Virus record (IMG/VR): IMGVR_UViG_3300003178_000005
Strand: one strand, 5' to 3'
DNA length: 64,000 bases
From: an uncultured virus (IMG/VR IMGVR_UViG_3300003178_000005)
Lineage: Duplodnaviria > Heunggongvirae > Uroviricota > Caudoviricetes
Shown here: piece by piece, positions 1 through 9,865 of the stretch
How positions within the stretch are numbered: the first letter of the stretch is position 1
Layout: each line of letters opens with the position of its first letter
Translations under genes and position numbers: made by a program
The notes under the pieces: model-generated
Database searches by the model: none
Told to the model about the DNA's origin: nothing
What the model saw: only the letters and a program-made list of their open reading frames with translations

Positions 1-131
1 CTTGGGTATTTTTTTGCAAATAGCTTCATTTTGGTTTTGAATTCTTTAGAATCTATCTTTTTATTGTACGGAAACTTTATGTCCGGTGGCAACATTTCAT
101 TTATAAGTATAATCCCAGCTGTTCCTGTCAT
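1..131 (-). CDS. N-terminus of putative phage RNA polymerase beta'-like subunit (runs off window)
   Basis: ATG at 131 overlaps the upstream TGA (ATGA). MTGTAGIILINEMLPPDIKFPYNKKIDSKEFKTKMKLFAKKYP resembles the TxGxxxxNExLP...NKxxDxK segment of RpoC. Only 43 codons are visible. Confidence 0.55.
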   Translation of the reverse strand, partial: MTGTAGIILINEMLPPDIKFPYNKKIDSKEFKTKMKLFAKKYP

Positions 132-914
132 TTCCAATCCTTGTCTCCAAAATTAATGGAATAGTAATCCAAAAGCCTATCTCCATCTGCCTTAAACCTT
201 CCAATAAACGTTCCTCTTTTCTTCACAACATCGAGCATCTTCTCGTTGTCGTTGTATATTGGAACTATAACAGGTTTCCCCTTTAGTCTATTCTTCATGT
301 CTGCGTACAGCGAGTATCCATCCCTTGTTTCACGGACTCTTTTGTCTAGCGCAAAAAAGCTTAGTGTATATGTATTTGGATTTTCATAATACCCATACAA
401 GCGTAACCACGTCATGATAGTTAAAGGCACTTAAGCTAGTGATTTCAACTTTATTGTCAAGAAAAGCCATCTGCGTAGACTTATCGACAAGCAAATCCTG
501 CATGTCTTTTTTTGTAAGAATCATGATTTTAGATAGCGCATATACCAATTTGTTATCAGATACATCTTTCAATGACATCAATATGAATGGGTGCACCTCT
601 TGTTGTCTCTCAAACAGCCTACTGACCTCAGCCTGATTATATAATGCCCTATTCAGCTCGTGAGTAATGACATTCTTGGCAATATCCGCATAAGACATAC
701 TGTAGTACTTTGTATGCTTTTTGTAAAATGCGCCAACAAGCATTAGTAAAAACGAAAAAACTTTATCAGAGCTTGAAATTATCATATCTATGTCAGATGA
801 CAGTATTTTGTAAAACGATGCTATTATCTTTTGTTTTGTGGCAACATCTTCTATACTATAGCTATCCATTGCTGTCATAAAGTCTATTAGTGACTTTTCG
901 CTATACCCAACCAT
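128..914 (-). pseudogene. Hypothetical protein split into two overlapping frames (break ~395-405)
   Basis: ATG at 914 with GGAG RBS (MVGYSEKS). The 384..914 frame overlaps the 128..430 frame, which lacks a good start. Confidence 0.5.
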
Positions 915-2108
915 TACAGTACTCCTTCGCAATATAGAGAACACCTAACTATTGCTTTTAATTTTTGTTTTGACACCATAAGGTGTGGCTCGTCTAAATG
1001 AATCCACTCGCACTCTATTTCGCACCCTTCATCTATATTGTCGGGCGGAGGCATGTCACACTCATCGTTCTTTATGTACTTACTATTTAATTCTTTTATT
1101 TTATCAAGAATCCACTTTATCAAGTCTGATAGCGGTCCATTGCCGTCATAATCTTCAAGGAATAGCTTTAGCTGTAGAGCATAAAACTGGCTCAGGCTTT
1201 CTGTGAGCAGTAGATGTAGAAGCTTAAATGTAAGAGCATTCTGACCACCACTATTCTCAATATAGTAAGAATCGTCTATATACTCAGCATTTTTACTTAA
1301 CAGAATTGATTTCACCTCTGAGAAGTTGCTGTCAGATATAAGCTCCTTCTCCTCTCTATCTGAAAGCATCTTCTCAAGGATTACAAACTCATTTGTATTG
1401 CTCAGTGTCTTAAGAATAAATGAGTCCTCCATATAGGACACATTTGCCGGAGAATCGTCTGAAAAGATATATCCAGATATAAAGGAGAAGTTGTCAACAT
1501 TTATTGAGATATCAAGCTCAACAGATAGACTCTTTCCGTATGCATTAAAAGAGTCCCCTGATATTGCACCAGGATTGCAGTATACATTTTGATTGGTTCG
1601 AATATTAAGCTCACGAAGAGCAATTTCTTTGCTGACAACGCTATTCTCGTCAGCTGTATCATGCATTAATGTGGTCACTATCGAATCTAAAATCATCAGA
1701 CGACAGGTCGTATAGCCATAGCACCTTATGAGAATTTATAGCTTTTGTCAGAAAGTATTCATCTAGATACGAGACAGTATACTCTGCACTATCTATATGT
1801 GACGCACTGTTATCGTAATATAAGCCAGCGGAAGCCTCTTTCCTGAATGAAAAGTTCGAATTGTTGCCATCTATTGTTATGTCTGTATTTATATTAAGAG
1901 TATAAGAGTCCTTGTCAAAAGGGTATGGACCTATAAAGAATGTTATGTTTGGATTAAAGATATCGAATTCTTCTTGAATAAGACTATGCTTATCCTCTAT
2001 AGTGGATAGCAACCCAAGTACATTAAGCCTTTCTTCTTCAAAATATTTTGCAGCTCGTAGGAATGACGAAGGCGAAAAATTTAATATAGCCCCATATCTA
2101 TAATTCAT
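914..2108 (-). pseudogene. Hypothetical protein split into two frames (break ~1660-1668)
   Basis: ORF 1659..2108 ends HINA*. Frame 914..1696 continues HDTADEN with no clear RBS or start. Confidence 0.5.
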
Positions 2109-3102
2109 TTATCGCCTCCTCTAAGACAAGGTCTATTGGCCTAACGTTCTTGAATATAACTCTTGCAACAGGTGAAGTGTTCATATTGTATACATCAAAT
2201 GTGTCTTTAAATAAATTCCTTAGGAATCCGCACGAACTCCTATATGATACCTTCTCGCTGGATATATCAGACGAAAAACCATGCGTATATATGCTGGTTA
2301 TGATATTACTATCAAACAAGGCAGAGCCAAGATACATGTCATTGTTTGTGTCTATGTCTGTCCTGTCTCCGACGTAATTTTCAAGTGTAATATTGAATCC
2401 GCTCACTATAATCATATCCCAAAAGACCATTCCGAATTCGAGTGTAGTGTCTCCGTCATATAGGAAGTTTCCGTCCTTCCTTGTTTCGTGTGGGACAATG
2501 CCTATTATATAAATATCGTCTGGCTGCATAATATCGTCAGTAAGCAAAACGTCGAGAGGATTATTTATGCCAGACCTGAAAACATTAAACTCGTTTAGAC
2601 GAGAATTTATTCTAAGCAGTTTTACCTCTATAGAGATTTCTCGCCCGCTATAATCATTTTTGTTTATATGTGGAGAAGAATAGAAATGGGCCTCTATCAC
2701 TCTTCCATAGTATGTGGATGTCGGAAGAATAGAGAACACAGATTCTGTGTTAACTCCGGAGAACTCCTTTGTCCATGATGCTGGAGGATGGAACCCAAGC
2801 CTAGATGACGATACTATAGCCATATCTTTATCTGGCCTGTCTCTGAAAACAACATTTGAGCTTGCATCTGGAATGCTCTTTATATAATCAACATACTCAT
2901 TGATTGCTTTTACCACAGTTTCAAGTATCTCTCCCAGGTTGGCTGGTGTTGTTCCTTGTGTTCCAGACAAGGAGCGTATATCCTCTGTGTGATAAACAAA
3001 CATATTGTTGTCTGGATTCAAAAATGGCTCTATTTTTAGCAGCCGCTCTTTTGCCTCTTCTAGTTCTGCCAACTTTGATAGAAGTTTCTCTTTTAGTGTC
3101 AT
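2098..3102 (-). CDS. Hypothetical phage protein
   Basis: 334-aa ORF, coupled to neighbours. Confidence 0.75.
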   Translation of the reverse strand: MTLKEKLLSKLAELEEAKERLLKIEPFLNPDNNMFVYHTEDIRSLSGTQGTTPANLGEILETVVKAINEYVDYIKSIPDASSNVVFRDRPDKDMAIVSSSRLGFHPPASWTKEFSGVNTESVFSILPTSTYYGRVIEAHFYSSPHINKNDYSGREISIEVKLLRINSRLNEFNVFRSGINNPLDVLLTDDIMQPDDIYIIGIVPHETRKDGNFLYDGDTTLEFGMVFWDMIIVSGFNITLENYVGDRTDIDTNNDMYLGSALFDSNIITSIYTHGFSSDISSEKVSYRSSCGFLRNLFKDTFDVYNMNTSPVARVIFKNVRPIDLVLEEAINEL

Positions 3103-4184
3103 GGGCCTACCTCCATATCATCATCACAACTAATGCTTCCAACAATACCCATGACCTTGTTTATGCAGTACATGAGCTCTTCTCTGCACACAACACTATG
3201 ATACCCTCTGTCATTCTCGTCTGGAGAAACGCCTTCAAGAACCCCAGAAGCAAGACTATCCATAAAAGACGCATCCTTTCTGTCGCTTTTCCTTAAGTCC
3301 CTGGCCTTCCAGTCAATTTTAGGGGCAAACATTAGCGACAATTCCCCGGTAGCTCTACCCAGAACAACAGAGTTTGTATACGCATTCTTTTTTAGGTCAG
3401 AGTTGTCACTAATATAGCCTCCGGAAAGCAGAAAATCTTCCTTGAATATTCCAAGAGTAACAACCCCGTTTCTTGCAACAATTTTATTGGCACGTGTTGA
3501 GTATGGAAGAGAGAAGGATTCACCGTCTATTCCGGTTTCACGAATAATTGCATCAGGCGTATATATTGTTTTAAACGCAACACTTATTGTGTCTGTTTTT
3601 AGAAAAAATAGCCTTTTTAGGTCACTATAGTTTATGGCACGCTCATCGTGAACATTGTCGGACTCTATGCCGTTTGCTCCAAGATATGCCGTCATACACC
3701 TAGATAATGTTTCTTTTGGAAGTCTTCTAAGAAAATGAGACTCAAGTATTTCTATTGTCATTATCGCATCGAGATTTATATTGAATGTTGCTGGAACTAC
3801 GGAATTGTTTATTATTTCAATATAATCGCCCATCTTCCAATAATATGATGTGTATATAGAGACAATTTGCGATGGGGAGATTAATCCTGTAGTATTATCT
3901 AAGCCGGATGGAAGTAAGTGGATATTCGATGCCCTCACCGTTGGGGTTCCACTTGACTTAACCTTGCTCATTTTACATGATATATCCCTGGTTGAGTTTT
4001 CATAAATTTCTTCTGCATAGGATACAGCTCTATCAAGTATTGCATTCTGCTCGTTTTGTAGCGCAAAAATCTTGTCTATAAGATTATTTTCGGATTCGCT
4101 ATCACTTAATGATGATGACTTTATTGCCTCTATTGCAGACTCTACATCAAAGTCAGATATTGTTATGTCAAACAACATTTCCAT
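3099..4184 (-). CDS. Hypothetical phage protein
   Basis: 361-aa ORF in the operon. Confidence 0.75.
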   Translation of the reverse strand: MEMLFDITISDFDVESAIEAIKSSSLSDSESENNLIDKIFALQNEQNAILDRAVSYAEEIYENSTRDISCKMSKVKSSGTPTVRASNIHLLPSGLDNTTGLISPSQIVSIYTSYYWKMGDYIEIINNSVVPATFNINLDAIMTIEILESHFLRRLPKETLSRCMTAYLGANGIESDNVHDERAINYSDLKRLFFLKTDTISVAFKTIYTPDAIIRETGIDGESFSLPYSTRANKIVARNGVVTLGIFKEDFLLSGGYISDNSDLKKNAYTNSVVLGRATGELSLMFAPKIDWKARDLRKSDRKDASFMDSLASGVLEGVSPDENDRGYHSVVCREELMYCINKVMGIVGSISCDDDMEVGP

Positions 4185-4458
4185 CTCTGTCTATCCTGAC
4201 TTGGTTGTCGCCTATTGTTACCACTAGAAACTCGTCGTCTACAACTATGTTCGCCTTTGTTTTATTGTCTGAAAAATACAAATCAATTTCATACTCTTCA
4301 AAATCAATAATGTGCGTATCGAAGAACATGACATCATCACTTAGGGATTGAATATTTTTTTCTACTTCTATAAAGTTTTTATTTATGTCACCTATAATGT
4401 CATTTTCCTGCTCAAGAGTCCCAGTATAACCGCTAGGCAATGTAATTTCTTTTAGCAT
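4168..4458 (-). CDS. Hypothetical protein
   Basis: 96-aa ORF, AAGGTG RBS. Confidence 0.7.
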   Translation of the reverse strand: MLKEITLPSGYTGTLEQENDIIGDINKNFIEVEKNIQSLSDDVMFFDTHIIDFEEYEIDLYFSDNKTKANIVVDDEFLVVTIGDNQVRIDRDGNVV

Positions 4459-4603
4459 CGTACCACCTTTTTAAGTTCTTGAAATTCTTGTCTATTTGCG
4501 ATAATCTATCTGCCTTTGATTGAGCGGTATATTCCTCTGATAATCTAAATGGGCTGATATATGAAATTTTTGGATGTTTTACTTTTATTATCACTTTTAT
4601 CAT
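4433..4603 (-). CDS. Small hypothetical protein (56 aa)
   Basis: Manual translation MIKVIIKVKHPKISYISPF...RNYIA*, downstream of TATAAT at 4623-4628, overlapping the next gene. Confidence 0.5.
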   Translation of the reverse strand: MIKVIIKVKHPKISYISPFRLSEEYTAQSKADRLSQIDKNFKNLKRWYDAKRNYIA

Positions 4604-4675
4604 CGTATCTGCTTTTTATGACATTATACAATAAAAAGGAATGTTTATAAAGCTAAAAGAATGAAGAATTAGGAG

Positions 4676-4700
4676 AACTCATGGATACTATCCATGAGTT
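4676..4700. terminator. Perfect 25-bp inverted repeat (terminator or binding site)
   Basis: AACTCATGGATA-C-TATCCATGAGTT just after the stop of 4708..5640, with a T-run on the + side. Confidence 0.55.
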
Positions 4701-4707
4701 TTTTGGG

Positions 4708-5640
4708 TTATTGCCCGGTGAAGTTCCAGCTGAGCGTCCATTCATATGTAAATGTAAAGCCCTGGGGAAATGCAAGCAGACCACTTGTCATTCTTGATGT
4801 TGCAAGCTTTTCGTATGGAGACTCTGCGGTTCCATCACCAGTGATATCTGCACAAAGAAGTATTTCTGAGATTTCCTGAGGTCTATCTCCGCCATTTGTT
4901 GTGTCAATAACACCTGATGCATTTATACCATTCTTGAATACATATCTTCTTGTTCCAGCGTCGTCCCATGAGTGTACCTCGGTGTACACACCAATAAGGT
5001 CTCCGTTTGAATCGACACCATCAAACTCCATAATTGTGCCGTCGGCATCATTGATGAGTTTATACTGAACAAGCTCCTGCTCATAGTTTACATCTGTGGT
5101 TTCTGCACCACCGACTCTCTTGTTGAAGTCATCGTAGCTAATAGGAACTCTTACAACAAACTGGTCTCCATTTTGTCCATAAGTGATGTGGGATGGCATA
5201 ATGTCTTTTTCGATATATACAAGACGATAAGTTGACGTTGAACTGTCTTGGTTTGTGTGCGTGTACAAGAAATGCTTATCTGATGTCTCATTTAGAGAAT
5301 TCTTGATAAGATGAGCAGCATTTAATTCGACATCCGTCTCTAGTGCGTCAACAGCCTGTTTTTGATTATCAAAATTATGACCAGCGTTACCGAATGCTAT
5401 TTTTGCAATCTTGTAAGACATATCTCCACCAGCAAGTCTTGAAAAAATCTTCTTTGCAGTCAGTAGTGACTGGTTTAGCATCTCGTCGTGAACGTCTACA
5501 CCACTGTAAAGCTCTTGAGCCCCAACGGTGTTTCCGTTCTCGTCATGAATAAGTAACCTAACTGTTCCCTTTAGGGCTCCTCTTGCTTTCTCTGAATCTA
5601 GTATAGAGTATACCTCTGATGCCTGACCACTAGTAATCAT
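4708..5640 (-). CDS. Putative baseplate / fibre-attachment structural protein
   Basis: 310 aa, IAFGNAG and EISEILL...FTYEWTL pattern, located after baseplate genes. Confidence 0.55.
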   Translation of the reverse strand: MITSGQASEVYSILDSEKARGALKGTVRLLIHDENGNTVGAQELYSGVDVHDEMLNQSLLTAKKIFSRLAGGDMSYKIAKIAFGNAGHNFDNQKQAVDALETDVELNAAHLIKNSLNETSDKHFLYTHTNQDSSTSTYRLVYIEKDIMPSHITYGQNGDQFVVRVPISYDDFNKRVGGAETTDVNYEQELVQYKLINDADGTIMEFDGVDSNGDLIGVYTEVHSWDDAGTRRYVFKNGINASGVIDTTNGGDRPQEISEILLCADITGDGTAESPYEKLATSRMTSGLLAFPQGFTFTYEWTLSWNFTGQ

Positions 5641-5669
5641 ATTGATATCCTTTTTGTATTTTTATTTTC

Positions 5670-5682
5670 ATTATTATAGCAC
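5670..5682 (-). promoter_or_regulatory. Extended -10 promoter TGcTATAAT
   Basis: TATAAT at 5673-5678 (minus) upstream of an AAGGA RBS. Confidence 0.6.
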
Positions 5683-5696
5683 ATATTTTAAATCTA

Positions 5697-7526
5697 TTAG
5701 CTGTCTATCCTGTTTTCGCCTTCTATGTCTGACACATCATCCATAAATACAACATCTTTTACTGCAAGCAGAAGCGATGATATATCCTCGCTAGCATCTA
5801 TTATCAGAGAGTCTTTTCTGCTAAGGAAGCCATCACTTGTGACACTATCAAGCATAGAGAGCGTGTCGCCTACATTTATCGTTGTATTGTTTTCTCCGCC
5901 CTCTGAGACATTTATTTCAGACTCAGAGACAAGCATGGATGCAGCGATAGACTCTGCGTTTCCAACACTAAAATCACTAACTGTGGTATTTGACAGAAGA
6001 ACATCGCTTTGATTTACGAAATCAACTTGCGATAATACGTGCTCAACTATTCCGGATAGTGACGCAACAACAATATCAGATGCGCTTATGTGCTTTGTGC
6101 TTGCCTCATCAAAATTGAAGTTGTCATAGTTTTGCACAGTTAACTCATGGAATGTAGCCCCACCGTCATCAGCGTAGTATTCATACTTATCTGCCACAAG
6201 AGTTGTTTCGTTGTCTATTGGCTCAGCAATATTTGTATCAATATATAGCCCCTCCAGATTTTCATCCTCTGGAATAAGAGTTTCTACTGAATCAACTATT
6301 ATATTAGAGATAGTTTCATTAGGCGAGGCGTTCATTCCATCTATGACTGGCTCAGCAGAAAGAATCATGTCGAAATCAACATACGGGACAGAGTTGTCGC
6401 TAACAAGAAGAGATTCGTTTTCTATTATATCTCCAGCTGCTTCGTAAGCTATATCCAAAATCCACCCGCTCTTGATTGTTATGTTTGCAACATAGTTGCT
6501 GCTTAAAAGCAACATTGAATCTGAATCTGCATAGGCAAGGCTTTCATAGTGAACCCCGGATGATGGTGTGCTGTCTATAAACGAAACAACACTGAACATC
6601 GAGTTCATTGCAGAAACAACCTCTGTATCTGTTTCTGCAAAAACATCTGGCGGTATCTCTATTGAAACCTTCTTTTTTGCAACACTACTAGAAATTCTGT
6701 ATAGGAAGTTTGTATTAGAGAAACTTGGGGATATAGAATTTATATATGCCTCCGCTCTCCTTATCTCGTCTAAAAACGCCATATCGTCAGTAATTGAGCA
6801 TAGGCTGGTTATTATATCACTTGGGGACAAGCTGTCTCCAATAGATACAATTGCTCTTCCGCTATTTACGCCATTGAGGTAGTATGTGTTCTTTGTAGTA
6901 ACAACCATATCGCTGCTAACACTAATAACGTCCTCAAAATCTTTTGCATACACGCATCCAAGTAGGATATTCGAAATCTTATACAGCATTCTTGTGCTGC
7001 TTGGCATATATGCAGCATGGTCTGACACTATTCTCAGGATAGCCTTCTTTATCTCGACTATATCGGCACTATCGATGTCATCAACAAACCTAAAGTATCC
7101 ATTCCTAAATATTTCCGTTGGAACATCTTTCATGTATGTTATAGGCGTCACCTGGTGTCCAAGTGCAGAGATGCTGCTCATTAGCTCGCTATCTATAGTA
7201 TTGCCATCTATGCGATAAAATTTTTCTATATCCAAAAAATCTAGAGACAAATACCCTATTCCCTCAACTTTTCGCCCGTTAACATCCCTAACTATTATTG
7301 AGTTTGTTGACGGGTTTATTTCTGAGGATTTTATATATCCAAGCCCAACAACCCCTCTTCCTTTTGAGGATGGATGGCTCAACACCATATTCCTGATAGT
7401 ATTCACATACCTATTAAAGATTATGCTTGTGTACACATAGTCTATTCTTATGGAGAAATCTGTATATGCAGTATTTTCATAGAAGCTACCGAGCAGCTCA
7501 AGAAAAATTTTATTCTTTCTCAACAT
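5697..7526 (-). CDS. Putative baseplate wedge protein
   Basis: 609 aa, follows the baseplate J-like gene, acidic low-complexity C-terminus. Confidence 0.5.
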   Translation of the reverse strand: MLRKNKIFLELLGSFYENTAYTDFSIRIDYVYTSIIFNRYVNTIRNMVLSHPSSKGRGVVGLGYIKSSEINPSTNSIIVRDVNGRKVEGIGYLSLDFLDIEKFYRIDGNTIDSELMSSISALGHQVTPITYMKDVPTEIFRNGYFRFVDDIDSADIVEIKKAILRIVSDHAAYMPSSTRMLYKISNILLGCVYAKDFEDVISVSSDMVVTTKNTYYLNGVNSGRAIVSIGDSLSPSDIITSLCSITDDMAFLDEIRRAEAYINSISPSFSNTNFLYRISSSVAKKKVSIEIPPDVFAETDTEVVSAMNSMFSVVSFIDSTPSSGVHYESLAYADSDSMLLLSSNYVANITIKSGWILDIAYEAAGDIIENESLLVSDNSVPYVDFDMILSAEPVIDGMNASPNETISNIIVDSVETLIPEDENLEGLYIDTNIAEPIDNETTLVADKYEYYADDGGATFHELTVQNYDNFNFDEASTKHISASDIVVASLSGIVEHVLSQVDFVNQSDVLLSNTTVSDFSVGNAESIAASMLVSESEINVSEGGENNTTINVGDTLSMLDSVTSDGFLSRKDSLIIDASEDISSLLLAVKDVVFMDDVSDIEGENRIDS

Positions 7527-8796
7527 TTATATCACCAGCAAAAATTCTTATTGTTCTCTCAGTAAATTGAGCTGACTCAACTTCCGGTGGAATTGATAAA
7601 TCCTTAACACTCAATGGAAAAGCAACGCTCATGCCGACATCCATTCCAACGGACAAAAATAGTCTGGCCGATGTTCTTGCTGCTATGGTAACTATCATCC
7701 CATTTGATTTTAAAAAATTCTGCAGGTCATTTATTGAAATGTTTGACATGTTCCCGCTTTTTGAATCAAGATACTCATCTATTTTGGCCCTTAATAGCTG
7801 CTCGTCTATTGAGTATCTTGTGAATACGTCAAAGTCAACAAACATCGGGAAGAACCCTTTGTACTGGATGTCTGTTATTGCAAACTCATCTGATTTGTAT
7901 TCATTCTCAAACATAGGGTCCATGTATCTTTTTACTTTAAAAACCTCAGAATTGTCACCCTCTGGGACAAAAATTCTAAGTTTTGTTTTTGTCATTCCAT
8001 AGGTGAACATATCGTCTTCAACTATAACAAAGTCTTTTCCTGACTTTGTAGTAACAGATATGTAGTATTCAGCGTCTAGCTCATAGTACTTTTCGCCTTT
8101 AAACACTTGAACTTCTTCTTCTACGATTGGCGTGCTGAAGTACACGTCGAGAACTCCTGGAATACTTACCCTGTCACTTTCTTTGTAGTGCTGGTATCTT
8201 TCATAGTCGTCCCTACTGTATCCTAAGCCAACAACTGTGCCCCTGTTAAACTCAGACCTACTGAATGACATTACCTTTAAGTGGTCTATTTGAAGGTACG
8301 GTATCTTGTTTCTTACCATCTCACGTTCTTTTGTGTCCGCAAAAAACAATCTATTTATCTGTGGAAATTTTTCAACTATAGAATTGTCGAATACATTTTT
8401 TCTATTTAAATTATTATTCTGTATTCCAAATGTTATTTCGCTATACAGAGAATCTGGGTCATTTGATGCTGTTCGTATTCCATTTAGGTTTGCGAAGTTC
8501 TTTAGCATCACAGATTTCATTGATGCAGATAGTGTTTTTGAATTCATTATCCCGTCTATCGACGATTCAGAGAACATATTCTGCAAGATTATCTCATTGA
8601 TTGCAATTACTGCAGACATTGGTCTAACAACAAGGTCTATATTCTCCTGTCTTGAAAAGTCTATCTCAGGAAACAATTCCATGCAGATATCTCGTGCTTT
8701 TCTGTCGCATGCTTCAATTACGTTATCTTCAAGATTGAAGAAGGATTCTTTTATCTCCTCTGACAAAACCATGTCATTTAAAATAGTGCTGTTCAT
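7510..8796 (-). CDS. Baseplate J/gp6-like protein
   Basis: Start MNSTILND after GGAG. FPEIDFS...DLVVRP N-terminus and PGVLDVYF motif. Follows the gp25-like gene. Confidence 0.6.
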   Translation of the reverse strand: MNSTILNDMVLSEEIKESFFNLEDNVIEACDRKARDICMELFPEIDFSRQENIDLVVRPMSAVIAINEIILQNMFSESSIDGIMNSKTLSASMKSVMLKNFANLNGIRTASNDPDSLYSEITFGIQNNNLNRKNVFDNSIVEKFPQINRLFFADTKEREMVRNKIPYLQIDHLKVMSFSRSEFNRGTVVGLGYSRDDYERYQHYKESDRVSIPGVLDVYFSTPIVEEEVQVFKGEKYYELDAEYYISVTTKSGKDFVIVEDDMFTYGMTKTKLRIFVPEGDNSEVFKVKRYMDPMFENEYKSDEFAITDIQYKGFFPMFVDFDVFTRYSIDEQLLRAKIDEYLDSKSGNMSNISINDLQNFLKSNGMIVTIAARTSARLFLSVGMDVGMSVAFPLSVKDLSIPPEVESAQFTERTIRIFAGDINVEKE

Positions 8797-8797
8797 A

Positions 8798-9211
8798 TTA
8801 GTCCATCTCCAAAATAATTTTATCAGTATATAGGCCGTCATACATGAAGTTGAATCTCTTCTCTACGGCAATCTCTTCGTACTCTATAGACAGCCATATC
8901 TCCATGAATCCGTCGCTGGCATTAAATTGCGCATTATCAACAGAAACATTCACTATTCCATATTTTTTCTTTATGTCTTCGATGGACTCATCAAGCACAT
9001 ATCGTATTTTGTGAATATTTACATGCTCCCCTATATCTCTAATAAAATATGAGCCGTATTTTTTGTCAAAAGCGCATGTTCCTTTTTCAGTAACAAGTTC
9101 CTGTATGAAGTTTGTGGTCAGAGTATCAATGGTTTGCCGCTCTTTTGCGGGAACAACAAAGTATTTTTCAAATTTATTGCTGTTCTTGTAGGTAATTAAT
9201 ACATCAGACAT
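8798..9211 (-). CDS. Baseplate wedge subunit, gp25/GpW-like
   Basis: 137 aa with LVTEKGT.....YGS motif typical of the gp25 family. Confidence 0.65.
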   Translation of the reverse strand: MSDVLITYKNSNKFEKYFVVPAKERQTIDTLTTNFIQELVTEKGTCAFDKKYGSYFIRDIGEHVNIHKIRYVLDESIEDIKKKYGIVNVSVDNAQFNASDGFMEIWLSIEYEEIAVEKRFNFMYDGLYTDKIILEMD

Positions 9212-9228
9212 GGGCTCTTCTTTTTTTT

Positions 9229-9240
9229 AAAATTATACCA
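9229..9240 (-). promoter_or_regulatory. Extended -10 promoter TGgTATAAT
   Basis: TATAAT at 9232-9237 (minus). Confidence 0.6.
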
Positions 9241-9243
9241 TAT

Positions 9244-9864
9244 CTATCTATATTCTATACTCGATAATCCGGCGTGATGCTTTATAAAGTCATCTATTTT
9301 TTTCTTTTTGGAAAAATAGGTTGTTCTCTTGACTCCATACTTTTTTGCTATCTGCTTTTCATTCATTCCGTGAACATAGATGTCTTTGCCTATGTCAGCC
9401 AAGTCAGCAGGAAGAGAGTTCAGTATGAGCGACGAATTGTCCGTCCCAGACCTTCTCGATATATTATCAAACGCAGACTCATTGTTTATTGCTGCTGACT
9501 CCATCATATATGTCTTTGCGTCAAGCATTGGAACTTTTGCGTGTTTCGCTATCTCTGTATGTGTTGGAGTAACGCCATATGTATCTCTATACTCGTCAAC
9601 AAAGTCACGAATTTTAGCACGAGACATCAGTCTTGATTCTGGTATCGTCAATGGCGTCGATGCTTTGTAGGCTATCCTGCTAAGCTTCTGCAGACGTTTT
9701 GATAAATATGTCTTCACGTTTCCTTTTGATGGATTATAATTCTTCATCGCTTCTCTTGCCAGCCGTTCGGCCTGAGCTTTTGCCACCGCTGGAGGAAGAT
9801 TTCCCCCATACTTCATTACAGCAAAATCGACCTGAGATTTTATATCTTGCTCGTATTTGTTCAT
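9244..9864 (-). CDS. Sigma-70-family RNA polymerase sigma factor
   Basis: Region-2-like AMKNYNPSKGNVKTYL...LTIPE, region-3-like PTHTEIA, and region-4 HTH MNEKQIAKKYGVKRTTY. Confidence 0.75.
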   Translation of the reverse strand: MNKYEQDIKSQVDFAVMKYGGNLPPAVAKAQAERLAREAMKNYNPSKGNVKTYLSKRLQKLSRIAYKASTPLTIPESRLMSRAKIRDFVDEYRDTYGVTPTHTEIAKHAKVPMLDAKTYMMESAAINNESAFDNISRRSGTDNSSLILNSLPADLADIGKDIYVHGMNEKQIAKKYGVKRTTYFSKKKKIDDFIKHHAGLSSIEYR

Positions 9865-9865
9865 A

